A stretch of DNA of 64,000 bases from an uncultured Candidatus Saccharibacteria bacterium (GCA_964615775.1 CAZTQB010000001.1:60599-124598), one strand, 5' to 3'; shown: positions 40,804 through 50,510, counted from the stretch's first letter. Notes: generated by a model from the sequence alone, not told the origin. Made by a program: numbers and translations.

Positions 40804-42156
40804 TTGGCTATTGATAAAAGCCATCTTGCACGAATTGTTAGCGGTGATACTTTGCCGACTTTTCGTGAAATGACCGAAGACCTAGCTCCTGTCAATCCGC
40901 TGTGTCTGGAACACGGATTTATCAATCCTAAAACTGGGCAAAAATTGATTGGCGTACCTCTGGGTATTGCTGGTCTCGGTGGAATAGCGGGTAACTTTGA
41001 GTTTTGTGAGTACACCGCCCATCAGGCTGATCCTGAAACGGCGTTTTCGCTAAACTCGATTGTCTTTGGACAAACAGGCTATCGCAAGTCATCTGGAGAA
41101 AAAATAAGAATTTTGCGTGATACTTTGCTTTTTTCACGCAACTATCTGGTCACTGATCGAAAGGGTGAGTACCGTGTGCTAGCGGGATACATCGACGGTG
41201 CAAAAGTCCTTAACTTCAGTGACAATGCTCAGTACTTCATTAATCCTTTGGACCCTGTCATGGGACTAGATGCTCAATTGGAGCTACTGACTGCATTGAT
41301 TGTAACCGCAGGAAAACACTTCACTCAGGGGCTTACACCACTGGAGAATACTCTCTTGTGGAACTCGATTATCGAATGTCACAATTCCCCTGGGATAATA
41401 GGTATTCCGACTTTGCCGAGCTTGATCGAAAAACTCCGAAACCCTTCTGCTAGTACAGTCGAAGATTTGAGTGTCGGAAATATCGATGATATCAACAAGC
41501 TTAGTGCAAATCTCAGATTGACGCTCGAACGTCTATCTGAAAAAGGTAATCTTGCTGGAATGTTTCACAAACCAACGACGCCAGGGCTTTTTGATGCAGT
41601 GCCGTTGCTGGTTCTAGACTGTGAGGGACTTGATGGCGAGAAAGCGGTTGTAATGACCACTCTCATCAACTTCTTTACTCTCGAAAAAAATGCAAAATCA
41701 TCTTCAGATAACAGGTTTCATCACGTTATCCATGATGAATCGTGGGACCTTGCAGCATACAGCGGATTTGTCAGTTCGGTGAGGCGGGCCTATAAGCTCG
41801 GACGGAGCAAAGGTTTTGGTAACCGAATGGTGGTTCACCATTGGCAAAACCTTATTCGATCTGCTACATCTCAGATCGAAGACATCGCCAGTGACACCTC
41901 ATTGGTTATCAGTTATCGGCAAAACCGAGCTGAACTTGAAGCTAGTTCACATCTGTTTGGGTATACAGATAATGAAATTGAAAGGATTGTAAAACTTCCT
42001 CAAGGCCATGCTCTGTATAAGTTCACTACTGGCAACATACCCGCACTCGAGGTGCGATATGTAGCCATGCCGTGGGAGATTCCGCTGCTCGAAACAAGCC
42101 ACCTCGTTAAGGGCAAAAGCGGACTTTCATCAAGTGAACTGGCGTCAACTTCCTAG
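40804..42156 (+). CDS. Island gene 6: VirB4/TrbE-family ATPase C-terminal domain
   Basis: 450 aa. TTG start 9 nt after GGAGG. P-loop-like IVFGQTGYRKSSGEK (aligns with VirB4 GxTGxGKS but has Arg at the second conserved Gly) and Walker B/VirB4 signature LLVLDCEG...HHVIHDESWDLA (DEAW-type). Confidence 0.6.
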   Translation: MAIDKSHLARIVSGDTLPTFREMTEDLAPVNPLCLEHGFINPKTGQKLIGVPLGIAGLGGIAGNFEFCEYTAHQADPETAFSLNSIVFGQTGYRKSSGEKIRILRDTLLFSRNYLVTDRKGEYRVLAGYIDGAKVLNFSDNAQYFINPLDPVMGLDAQLELLTALIVTAGKHFTQGLTPLENTLLWNSIIECHNSPGIIGIPTLPSLIEKLRNPSASTVEDLSVGNIDDINKLSANLRLTLERLSEKGNLAGMFHKPTTPGLFDAVPLLVLDCEGLDGEKAVVMTTLINFFTLEKNAKSSSDNRFHHVIHDESWDLAAYSGFVSSVRRAYKLGRSKGFGNRMVVHHWQNLIRSATSQIEDIASDTSLVISYRQNRAELEASSHLFGYTDNEIERIVKLPQGHALYKFTTGNIPALEVRYVAMPWEIPLLETSHLVKGKSGLSSSELASTS

Positions 42157-42168
42157 GGTTGAGATATC

Positions 42169-43287
42169 ATGTCCCATAAAAATGGAAGTGAAGCACTAAA
42201 AGCAGGTATAGTGGGGTGGCTAATTGGAGTGATTGGTTTTCCAGTCATTCTGATGTCAGTAGGTGTGGTATCGATAGTTATGTTTGTCTTAATGATCGGC
42301 AGTAGCACTATGTCGGCTGGTGGATGTGCCACAGCAGTTACTGGCGATAATAATACCCAGAAGACGTACAACTATCTTATGCAGTCTGAGTTCGATCTCA
42401 AACCTTTTCAGGCGGCTGCGATTGTCGGTAACTTCATCCACGAAAGTGGTGGAGATCCACTCAAAACTAACAATCCCAACCCAACTTCAGGTGCTGTGGG
42501 GATTGCACAGTGGCTAGGTAGTCGGCAAACAGCTCTTAAGGCTCACAACTACCAAGGCAAAACCTGGACTGATATTGATTTTCAGTTAGACTTCATGAAG
42601 TCTGAACTCTTTGGAGGCTGGAAATCTGCACTTATTGCGGTCAGACGCTCTACTACAATTGAAGAGGCAACCGTAATATTTGAGAAAATATATGAAGTAT
42701 CAGGCGACACTGGATCGTATCCTAAGAGAATTAAAAACGCCAAAAACGTTTTAGAAAAATATGGAAAAAGTGCATCCAGCAATCTAGGATGTGTAAGTGT
42801 CGCAGTAAGTGGTACACTTACTGATCCTGGCAAAGGTCCTCAAAACCCCAAGACCGGCTTAGTGCCTCGATCAGAAAATCTTCAAAAATTTATTTTTGCT
42901 AATTGGGGATGCGAGAAGCTTCACGGTACACCATGTATTCGTGAAATTGGCGGATACAGTGTTCGTCCTGCTGGTACTCCGCAGGATCACACTCTCGGTC
43001 TGGCTCTTGATATTACAGTTAGTGACGGAATCGGTAAGTACCCGTCGCCAACGGAGCAATCCCTGGGTTGGCAAATTGCCTGCTTTCTGGCAAGTAACGC
43101 TAGTAAAGTAGGTGTCAGGTATCTTATTTGGCAAGGTAAAATCTGGAATGTTACTCGTCTTAACGAAGGCAATTCAGCCGCTTGTCAACTAGGAACAGGG
43201 TGGCGTCCATACACCTACGGATATGGTGTAACTGAAGGTCATTATGACCACGTACATGTCACTGTTCAGCCTGGAGTGGGTGGTTAA
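42169..43287 (+). CDS. Island gene 7: membrane-anchored two-domain peptidoglycan hydrolase (lysozyme-like + LAS/M15-like peptidase)
   Basis: 372 aa. N-terminal TM (LIGVIGFPVILMSVGVVSIVMFVLMIG). A lysozyme-like domain with FQAAAIVGNFIHESGGDP...GAVGIAQW (CwlT/phage-tail-lysozyme-type signature). A C-terminal domain with DHTLGLALDI (HxxGxAxD) and TEGHYDHVHV (ExxH / HxH), typical of LAS-superfamily (VanY/M15-like) zinc peptidases. Confidence 0.65.
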   Translation: MSHKNGSEALKAGIVGWLIGVIGFPVILMSVGVVSIVMFVLMIGSSTMSAGGCATAVTGDNNTQKTYNYLMQSEFDLKPFQAAAIVGNFIHESGGDPLKTNNPNPTSGAVGIAQWLGSRQTALKAHNYQGKTWTDIDFQLDFMKSELFGGWKSALIAVRRSTTIEEATVIFEKIYEVSGDTGSYPKRIKNAKNVLEKYGKSASSNLGCVSVAVSGTLTDPGKGPQNPKTGLVPRSENLQKFIFANWGCEKLHGTPCIREIGGYSVRPAGTPQDHTLGLALDITVSDGIGKYPSPTEQSLGWQIACFLASNASKVGVRYLIWQGKIWNVTRLNEGNSAACQLGTGWRPYTYGYGVTEGHYDHVHVTVQPGVGG

Positions 43288-43749
43288 GATGAGGCCAACC
43301 TCCTCTAGGACCAATCAAAATCAAAAAGGAATCACAAGACACAAACGAAAACGTACTAACAGGTTGGAGTTCCTATCTTCGTCTAGAGTTCCAGTTGAAA
43401 TATTTATATATATTATCAACTGTCGAGCCAGACCAAAGATTGCGGATTCGCCACCAAAAAGGAACTTTTTTGTCCACCTACGTGGACGACTAAGTTCAGC
43501 GTCCGGCTTTAGTCGAGTGCCAAAACTAGCTCTTTAAAAAGAGCAGCCATTAACACTCGACTTTAGCCAGTAAGGCTTTGAGTAGAATGCTAGCAGAATT
43601 GTTAGACTTTCCTCGCCAAATTTATGGCTCTAAATATTTCAGATGCTGGTCTCGCTCCCGAGATCTCCTGACATATTTAGTGCCTTTTGCTACATAAATG
43701 TGTATTTATGCTGATGATTCCAAAAGGATGAAAGCAAAAATTAAGCTGT

Positions 43750-44706
43750 TTAGTAGTTTTTACGCCGACCAAATCGGCTACGAAAATCTCCGTCAGATAA
43801 TAATGCAGCTATACCTACAACTAATATAATCGAAACTACGCCTCCTAGACCAATTCTCTCGAAAAAGTTACCTACACCGCTTAGAGGGTTGCGATTGTTA
43901 GTGTCGTAGGGTTGTCTGCCTTCGAAGGCGGCATCGTCAATCAATAGGCGTCTAGATGATATCTGTGGGTTTACGGCTGAAGAACCAGCAGGACATAGCT
44001 GACTATCAACAGCTGATTTTATAAAATTAATATTCTGCTTAGACATTCTGGTTGGGTCGCGGTGCATATAGCCGCTGTCTTTTGTCGCTCGACGGAAGTT
44101 AGTGCGATATTTCTCGGTAGTCGATATGTGGTCTTCATTTAAAATTACTGGCAAGAACGGATTACGGCTCTCAGAGTTCCTGAAAATAATTGTTGAAACA
44201 CTTGGTTTTAGTGGCCGAGTAATCGCACCATTACTCTTAGTGCAGGCGGTTGTACTTACACTGAGTGTTTCAACGCTGTTATTACCTGCTGCTAAATCAT
44301 CGTTTAAAACACGGGCAATATTAAAATTAGATAAAACTACCGAACGACCAGAGTTTTTCTTAAGATTGGCAGCTAAGAGTTCAGAGAATGTTTGCCCTGC
44401 CAAAGCAGACTCAGCCTCAGTCGAAGTTTTAGATTTTGGTTGGTCATCACCGCAAGACTTAATTGCCCCAAAAATAGCTAAACTGCCAATTAAAACAGAG
44501 GTCCCGATAAGTAATGTTAGTTTATTTCGTTCGTAAAAACTCTTGTCGGAGTCTTCTAGTACTACTTGAGGCTTCCGATATTCGTCGTAAGTAGCGTTTG
44601 TGGCTTCATTATTCTCTAGATTCTCTGGCGGAAAGATCTTGTTGTCATGACTTTTTTCATTATCAGACTCTTTATTTGTCATAATAATATATTTTACGCT
44701 CAGCAA
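43750..44706 (-). CDS. Hypothetical membrane protein (TM near both termini)
   Basis: 318 aa. Acidic N-terminal cytoplasmic region, a TM (LTLLIGTSVLIGSLAIFGAI), a ~230-aa S/T/N-rich extracytoplasmic region and a C-terminal TM (GLGGVVSIILVVGIAALL). Composition is AT-rich like the host. Confidence 0.45.
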   Translation of the reverse strand: MLSVKYIIMTNKESDNEKSHDNKIFPPENLENNEATNATYDEYRKPQVVLEDSDKSFYERNKLTLLIGTSVLIGSLAIFGAIKSCGDDQPKSKTSTEAESALAGQTFSELLAANLKKNSGRSVVLSNFNIARVLNDDLAAGNNSVETLSVSTTACTKSNGAITRPLKPSVSTIIFRNSESRNPFLPVILNEDHISTTEKYRTNFRRATKDSGYMHRDPTRMSKQNINFIKSAVDSQLCPAGSSAVNPQISSRRLLIDDAAFEGRQPYDTNNRNPLSGVGNFFERIGLGGVVSIILVVGIAALLSDGDFRSRFGRRKNY

Positions 44707-44813
44707 ATATAATTGTATATTATTTAATTTACAACAGCCGTTTAGCTATTAACCATTTTGTGGTAAAATTAGGTAAAGTATTATTAAAATTTATTTGAAA
44801 AGGGATATTAAAC

Positions 44814-46895
44814 GTGGCAAAAGTAGACATTAACAAACTCCGAAATATTGGAATCATTGCCCATATTGATGCAGGTAAGACAACGACTACCGAAGGTATT
44901 TTGTATCGAACTGGCCTAAAGCACAAAATTGGAGCTGTGCATGAGGGTGAAACTACAACTGACTGGATGGCTCAGGAACGTGAACGAGGTATCACTATTG
45001 TGTCAGCGGCGGTTACTTGCCACTGGAGAGATCATCAGATTAACATCATTGATACACCCGGTCACATCGATTTTACAGTAGAAGTGCAACGTAGTTTGCG
45101 AGTGCTAGATGGAGCAATTACGGTGTTTGACGGTAAAATGGGTGTCGAATCTCAATCAGAAACTGTTTGGCGACAAGCTGACAGCTACAACGTGCCGCGT
45201 ATTTGTTTTATTAACAAAATTAACCAAACTGGTGGCGATTTTTATAAGTCGCTTGAATCAATCCACAATCGTCTTAGCAAGCGAGCTTTTCCGATCCATT
45301 TGCCGATTGGCTTTGAGCAGTCCGTTAATGGAATTGTCGATCTAGTAAGTATGAAATCGTACACTTATAAAGATTTTACAGACAAAGAGCTGGTTGAAGG
45401 AGAAATCCCGGCTGATATGCTTGAAGAGGCTAAACGTTACCGAAGTTTGCTTATCGAGAATGCTGTTGCAGAAGATGAAGCTATGCTTGAAAAATACCTA
45501 GAAGTTGGCGAAGAAGGCATGAGTGAAGAAGACATTCGTTCAAGTATTCGTTCAGCAGTGCTAACTGGTGCATTTTTCATCGTAACTGGCGGTGATGGTC
45601 GAGGTGTAATTGTAGAGAAGTTGCTAGATATTGCTACCGAATACCTACCAAGTCCACTTGACAGAGGCTCTAACTGGGGTACACACCCCAAAACTGATGA
45701 AGAAGTCGAACGAAAGCCGTCTGAGAGTGAGCCACTAGCTGGCCTAGCCTTCAAGATTACGACTGACCCATTTGTTGGCAAGTTGGCTTATTACCGAGTT
45801 TATTCTGGCAAGCTAACTGCCGGAAGCTATGTTTTGAACAGCTCGACTGGCGAAAAAGAGCGAATTGGCCGAATTGTTCGCATGCAAGCTGATAAGCGAG
45901 AGGAAGTTAGCGAAGTGGTGGCTGGCGATATTGCTGCTATCGTCGGACTTAAAAATACCACTACTGGTAACACGCTGTGCGACCAAAACAACCCAATAAT
46001 CTTAGAGAGCATCACCTTCCCAGAGCCACCAGTAAGTATTGCTATCGAGCCAAAAACTAAGTCTGACCAAGAAAAAATGAGCCTGGCTTTGCAACGACTA
46101 GCCGAAGAAGACCCAACTTTTCGGGTAAACGTCAATGACGAAACTGGTCAAACTATCATCTCTGGTATGGGTGAATTACACCTTGAAATTTTAGTAGATC
46201 GCATGAAGCGAGAGTTCTCAGTAGAAGCAAATATAGGTCAGCCACAGGTCGCTTATCGTGAAACTATCCGTAAGGACGCTGTAGAAGTAGAAGGTAAGTT
46301 TGTTCGTCAGAGTGGTGGTCGTGGTCAGTATGGCCATGTTTGGCTACGCCTTAGCCAGAATGAAGCAGGTAAGGGCTTCGAGTTTATCAACTCTATCAAG
46401 GGTGGAGTTGTGCCTGGTGAGTATATCAAGCCGGTTCAGCAAGGAATTGAAGAGGCTATGAGTAATGGTGTTGTAGCTGGTTACCCGGTAGTCGATATTA
46501 AAGCAGAATTATATGATGGTAGTTACCACGACGTTGACTCTTCAGAGATGGCCTTTAAAATTGCTGGATCAATGGCTCTACAAGATGGTGTCAAGAAAGC
46601 TAGTCCAGTTTTGCTGGAGCCAATTATGAAGGTAGTAGCAGTAACTCCAGAAGAATTTATGGGTGATGTAATTGGTTCATTGAACTCAAAGCGTGGTCGT
46701 ATTGAAAGTATGGACGACCTTCAGAATGGTGTTAAGCAAATTACCGCTTTTGTACCACTGGGTGAGTTATTTGGTTATACTACAGAGCTAAGAAGCTCTA
46801 CCCAGGGTCGAGCTAGTTCGTCAATGGAGCTAGATCACTATGCCGACGTACCGCCAAATGTTGCCGAAGCTATAATTGCCAAAAACGGCAAATAA
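44814..46895 (+). CDS. fusA: Elongation factor G
   Basis: GTG start. [27 protein letters not shown]...DTPGHIDF... Full five-domain length (693 aa). Confidence 0.95.
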   Translation: MAKVDINKLRNIGIIAHIDAGKTTTTEGILYRTGLKHKIGAVHEGETTTDWMAQERERGITIVSAAVTCHWRDHQINIIDTPGHIDFTVEVQRSLRVLDGAITVFDGKMGVESQSETVWRQADSYNVPRICFINKINQTGGDFYKSLESIHNRLSKRAFPIHLPIGFEQSVNGIVDLVSMKSYTYKDFTDKELVEGEIPADMLEEAKRYRSLLIENAVAEDEAMLEKYLEVGEEGMSEEDIRSSIRSAVLTGAFFIVTGGDGRGVIVEKLLDIATEYLPSPLDRGSNWGTHPKTDEEVERKPSESEPLAGLAFKITTDPFVGKLAYYRVYSGKLTAGSYVLNSSTGEKERIGRIVRMQADKREEVSEVVAGDIAAIVGLKNTTTGNTLCDQNNPIILESITFPEPPVSIAIEPKTKSDQEKMSLALQRLAEEDPTFRVNVNDETGQTIISGMGELHLEILVDRMKREFSVEANIGQPQVAYRETIRKDAVEVEGKFVRQSGGRGQYGHVWLRLSQNEAGKGFEFINSIKGGVVPGEYIKPVQQGIEEAMSNGVVAGYPVVDIKAELYDGSYHDVDSSEMAFKIAGSMALQDGVKKASPVLLEPIMKVVAVTPEEFMGDVIGSLNSKRGRIESMDDLQNGVKQITAFVPLGELFGYTTELRSSTQGRASSSMELDHYADVPPNVAEAIIAKNGK

Positions 46896-46901
46896 AAGCA
46901 C

Positions 46902-49106
46902 TTAAATCAGTTTTTTCAGTAACTCATGAACATGGCTGACTGAACGAATGCGGTAATTAGCTGCAGTTTGGTCGCGTCCAACCTTGATAGTGTAATTATG
47001 CTTGCCAATTACTTTAAACATATCTTCATCTGTATAATCATCACCAATTGCCAAAATTAAGCTTGGCTTTAGTTTCTTAATAGTACTAGCTACTAAGATA
47101 TCTTTACCTACAGTTTTGGGTTTAATCTCGATTATTTTACTGCCTTGGCAAATGTCAAGAGAAGTATCTAGTAAGATTCGGCTTAATTCATTTATCAGTC
47201 CTTCTTTTCGTACAAATGCCAGTTGTTCCGGAACTGTACGATAATGCCAAACTATTGAGGATTTTTTGTCTTCTACGTATGCTCCAGGTGTTCGTAGCGT
47301 ATATTTAGTAAGTAAGTTTAAAATTTCTTGCCTCTTGCCGTCAAAATTATGCTCTTTAGTTTGCCATTTTCCATCAACTTTTAATGCTGCACCATGCTCA
47401 CCTGCTAAGTTGACCTTGTAACTGCCAAACCATTTTTCCAGAGTTTCAGCTGGTCTACCACTGATAATATAAACTGTATTTTTAGGATCACTTGATATTT
47501 TTTTTAAAATATCACGCAGGTCTTTCGATGGCTCGGGATCGTAGATTTTTTGAGTTGAAACAAAATCACGTAACGTACCATCATAATCCAGTAAAATTAG
47601 ACGTTTTTTAGATTGAGTGTAGTTTTCATATAGCTTTAGCTCATCTTTTTTTGTCATAATTTTGCGGTATTGGGTTGCTTGAGTTTGTTTGATGGCTCGA
47701 AGCTGTTCAATAAAATCTTCTGCCCATCGTTGTATTGTGTATTCAGAAATACGTTGTTTCATCAATTTGATACGAGCTTTTTGTTGTTTTTCGGGCATGT
47801 TTAAACCGTCTTCAATCGCTTTGACGATGCTACGAGTGTCGTTGGGATTAACCTTTATAGCTTCATGCAGCTCATCAACTGCACCGGCCATCTCGCTCAA
47901 GATAAGAACACCATCGTTGTCAGTCCGGCAAGCCACAAATTCTTTAGCAACTAGGTTCATACCGTCTCTTATTGGTGTAACTAAAGCAATATCTGATGCA
48001 CTGTAGAGTGCGACTAATTCGTCGAAAGGTAAATTTTTGAACTGATAAGAAATTGGCGTCCATTTAACATCGGCGTACTGACCGTTAATTCGGCCAATAG
48101 CCTGCTCAATTTGATCACGCAAATGTTGATAAGTTTCTACGTCCGTTCGTGATGGTACGGCTACCACGACCAGACTGACTTTACCGTGTTGATGCGGATG
48201 TTCTTTTAAAAATAGCTCAAAAGCTTCCAAACGCTCTAAAATGCCTTTTGAATAATCTAGTCTGTCGACTGACAGAATTATTTTTTGATTTTTGTAGATT
48301 TTGTTGATTTCTCTAGCCCGTTTGCTGACAGTCCGAGAGTTGGCGGCTTCATCAAACTTTTTGTAATCAATTCCAATCGGGAAGCTGTCGGCCGTAGTGT
48401 TGCGGCCATAATTGTCAATCGACGAGCCTTTAACTTCGCTGGACAAGATCCTCTTGCAGCTACTTAAAAAATGCCTAACGTAGTCGTAAATATGAAAGCC
48501 AACTAAATCGCTTCCCATAAGCCCCTCTAATATTTCACGACGATTTGGTAGCTGCCGAATAATCTCATATGACGGGAATGGAATATGCAGGAAAAAGCCA
48601 ATTGCTAATCTTGGCAAGAGTATTCGCAGTTTTTGTGGTAGGAGCATTAGGTGATAATCATGAACCCAAACATAAGAGTTTACGTCAATATTAGTTATGA
48701 CCGCACTTGCATAGGCTTCATTTACATCTTGATAAGCTTTCCAGTATTTAGGGTTGTTGTTTGCATAAGATTGAAAATAATGGAACAGCGGCCAAATTGT
48801 ATCGTTGGCATAGCCTGAGTAAAAATTATCAACCTGTTTTTGATTGAGATAAACTGGTATAAAATTATGTTCTTCTAGAGTAGCCTCGATCTGTTTTCTG
48901 TCATCTGTAGTTAACTCTTCGCTAGCAATTCCTGGCCAGCCAATCCATAAAAAAGATTCTTTGTCTATGTCTAGAGACGACATTGCCGTAGCTAATCCAC
49001 CGCTACTACTCGAGAACTGCAGCTTACCCTTCTCGTCTTTTGATACGCTAATCGGCAACCGGTTAGATACAACTACCAGTTTCTGTCCTGACTCTAGTAA
49101 ACTCAT
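46902..49106 (-). CDS. Bifunctional trehalose-6-phosphate synthase (GT20) / trehalose-6-phosphate phosphatase (HAD) fusion
   Basis: OtsA-like N-terminal half (LVVVSNRLP, WVHDYHLMLLP, glycosyltransferase core) and OtsB-like HAD C-terminal half (LILLDYDGTL, ...GDDYTDEDMF). The start is set at the internal Met (MSLLESGQK), which has an AAGGAG SD. The track's 49331 start would overlap tuf. Confidence 0.8.
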   Translation of the reverse strand: MSLLESGQKLVVVSNRLPISVSKDEKGKLQFSSSSGGLATAMSSLDIDKESFLWIGWPGIASEELTTDDRKQIEATLEEHNFIPVYLNQKQVDNFYSGYANDTIWPLFHYFQSYANNNPKYWKAYQDVNEAYASAVITNIDVNSYVWVHDYHLMLLPQKLRILLPRLAIGFFLHIPFPSYEIIRQLPNRREILEGLMGSDLVGFHIYDYVRHFLSSCKRILSSEVKGSSIDNYGRNTTADSFPIGIDYKKFDEAANSRTVSKRAREINKIYKNQKIILSVDRLDYSKGILERLEAFELFLKEHPHQHGKVSLVVVAVPSRTDVETYQHLRDQIEQAIGRINGQYADVKWTPISYQFKNLPFDELVALYSASDIALVTPIRDGMNLVAKEFVACRTDNDGVLILSEMAGAVDELHEAIKVNPNDTRSIVKAIEDGLNMPEKQQKARIKLMKQRISEYTIQRWAEDFIEQLRAIKQTQATQYRKIMTKKDELKLYENYTQSKKRLILLDYDGTLRDFVSTQKIYDPEPSKDLRDILKKISSDPKNTVYIISGRPAETLEKWFGSYKVNLAGEHGAALKVDGKWQTKEHNFDGKRQEILNLLTKYTLRTPGAYVEDKKSSIVWHYRTVPEQLAFVRKEGLINELSRILLDTSLDICQGSKIIEIKPKTVGKDILVASTIKKLKPSLILAIGDDYTDEDMFKVIGKHNYTIKVGRDQTAANYRIRSVSHVHELLKKLI

Positions 49107-49300
49107 TTTTCTCCTTCTTAGCCTCTTAATAGAGAGTATATCATTATATTTACAAACTAAATTGTTAGCTATGTTACATTTAATATCTTTACATGGAGTA
49201 CTAAAATAGGTTAATATATCTCGGTAACATATGTGTGCCTTTAGTTTTGCCTTGGCTACGCATATTTTAATAACAATAATTAATTTTAAGGAGCTAAATA

Positions 49301-50485
49301 ATGGCTGACCAATTTGACAGAAGCAAGCCACACGTAAACGTTGGTACTATGGGTCACGTTGACCACGGTAAAACTACGTTGACGGCTGCTATCACACACG
49401 TACTTGCAAAGAAACTTCCAAGTGCAGTAAACCAACCTAAGAATTACGAAGATATCGACAATGCCCCAGAGGAAAAAGCTCGTGGTATTACGATTGCTAC
49501 TTCTCACCAAGAGTATGAAAGCGAAAAGCGTCACTATGCTCACGTCGACATGCCTGGTCACGCCGACTACGTCAAAAACATGATTACTGGTGCGGCTCAG
49601 ATTGATGGTGCTATTTTGGTTGTGGGTGCCAATGATGGTCCTTTACCACAAACTCGTGAGCATGTTTTGCTTGCTCGGCAGGTTGGTGTGCCAAAAATTC
49701 TTGTTTTTATGAACAAAATGGACCTAGCCGACCCAGAGTTAGTTGAACTTGTAGAGATGGATATCCGAGAGTTGCTTGCAAAAAACGGTTTTGATGAGGA
49801 TGCTCCTATTATTAAAGGTTCTGCCACTAAAGCTCTAGATGGTGACGCTGCTAGCGAAGACGCTATTATGGAACTAGTTAAAGCTATGGATGACTTCATT
49901 CCAGAGCCAAAGCGTGAACTAGATAAGCCATTTTTGATGCCTGTTGAGGACGTTTTCTCAATCAAAGGTCGTGGTACTGTAGCCACAGGTCGTATTGAAC
50001 AGGGTATTGTTAAGATAAACGATGAAGTCGAAATTGTTGGTATTCGTGACCCACGAAAGTCTGTTGTAACTGGTATTGAAGCCTTCAAGAAAAATCTTGA
50101 TCAAGGACAGGCTGGCGACAACGCAGGTATTTTACTGCGAGGTATCGAGCGAGATGATATTGAACGTGGTCAGGTTATTGCTAAGCCGGGTTCTATTACA
50201 CCTCACACTGAATTTGAGTCAGAGGTTTATATTCTTACTAAAGAGGAGGGTGGTCGTCACACACCATTCTTCAAGGGCTATAAACCACAATTTTACTTCC
50301 GTACAACTGACGTGACTGGTGAAGTTGAGCTGCCAGCTGACAAAGAAATGGTTATGCCAGGTGACACAATAACCTTTACTGTTAAGCTACAGGCTCCAAT
50401 TGCTATGGAGCAAGGTCTTCGTTTTGCTATTCGTGAAGGTGGCCGTACTGTTGGTGCTGGTGTAGTTACCAAGATCAATAAATAA
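49301..50485 (+). CDS. tuf: Elongation factor Tu
   Basis: [32 protein letters not shown]...[18 protein letters not shown]... 394 aa. AAGGAG SD upstream. Confidence 0.95.
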   Translation: MADQFDRSKPHVNVGTMGHVDHGKTTLTAAITHVLAKKLPSAVNQPKNYEDIDNAPEEKARGITIATSHQEYESEKRHYAHVDMPGHADYVKNMITGAAQIDGAILVVGANDGPLPQTREHVLLARQVGVPKILVFMNKMDLADPELVELVEMDIRELLAKNGFDEDAPIIKGSATKALDGDAASEDAIMELVKAMDDFIPEPKRELDKPFLMPVEDVFSIKGRGTVATGRIEQGIVKINDEVEIVGIRDPRKSVVTGIEAFKKNLDQGQAGDNAGILLRGIERDDIERGQVIAKPGSITPHTEFESEVYILTKEEGGRHTPFFKGYKPQFYFRTTDVTGEVELPADKEMVMPGDTITFTVKLQAPIAMEQGLRFAIREGGRTVGAGVVTKINK

Positions 50486-50510
50486 TTTAGTTTTTTAAGC
50501 TAAAAATTAA

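Larger units (their letters stand above)
35100..43750 (+). mobile_element. Type-IV-secretion-like gene block inserted between rpsG and fusA (probable horizontally acquired island, no integrase/relaxase seen)
   Basis: It interrupts the otherwise universal rpsL-rpsG-fusA-tuf adjacency. It carries seven co-oriented genes, including a VirB4-family ATPase, a VirB6-like polytopic protein and a CwlT-like cell-wall hydrolase. Hand-counted GC of sampled lines is about 42-55% versus about 30-40% in most flanking lines. The genes share distinctive GGAGGTGA RBSs. Confidence 0.5.

Noticed and set aside
43516-43524. GAGTGCCAA half-site resembling a CIRCE arm
   Set aside because: There is no TTAGCACTC partner 9 nt upstream. 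The sequence is part of a different hairpin (AGTCGAGTG…CACTCGACT).
43244-43537. 97-aa ORF in the structured non-coding region
   Set aside because: It is a highly basic, low-complexity peptide with no RBS that spans the inverted-repeat region. Probably not coding.
49107-49331. N-terminal 75-codon extension of the trehalose synthase ORF (track start 49331)
   Set aside because: It overlaps the tuf start and its RBS on the opposite strand and has no SD. The internal Met at 49106 has an AAGGAG SD and begins the conserved OtsA N-terminus.
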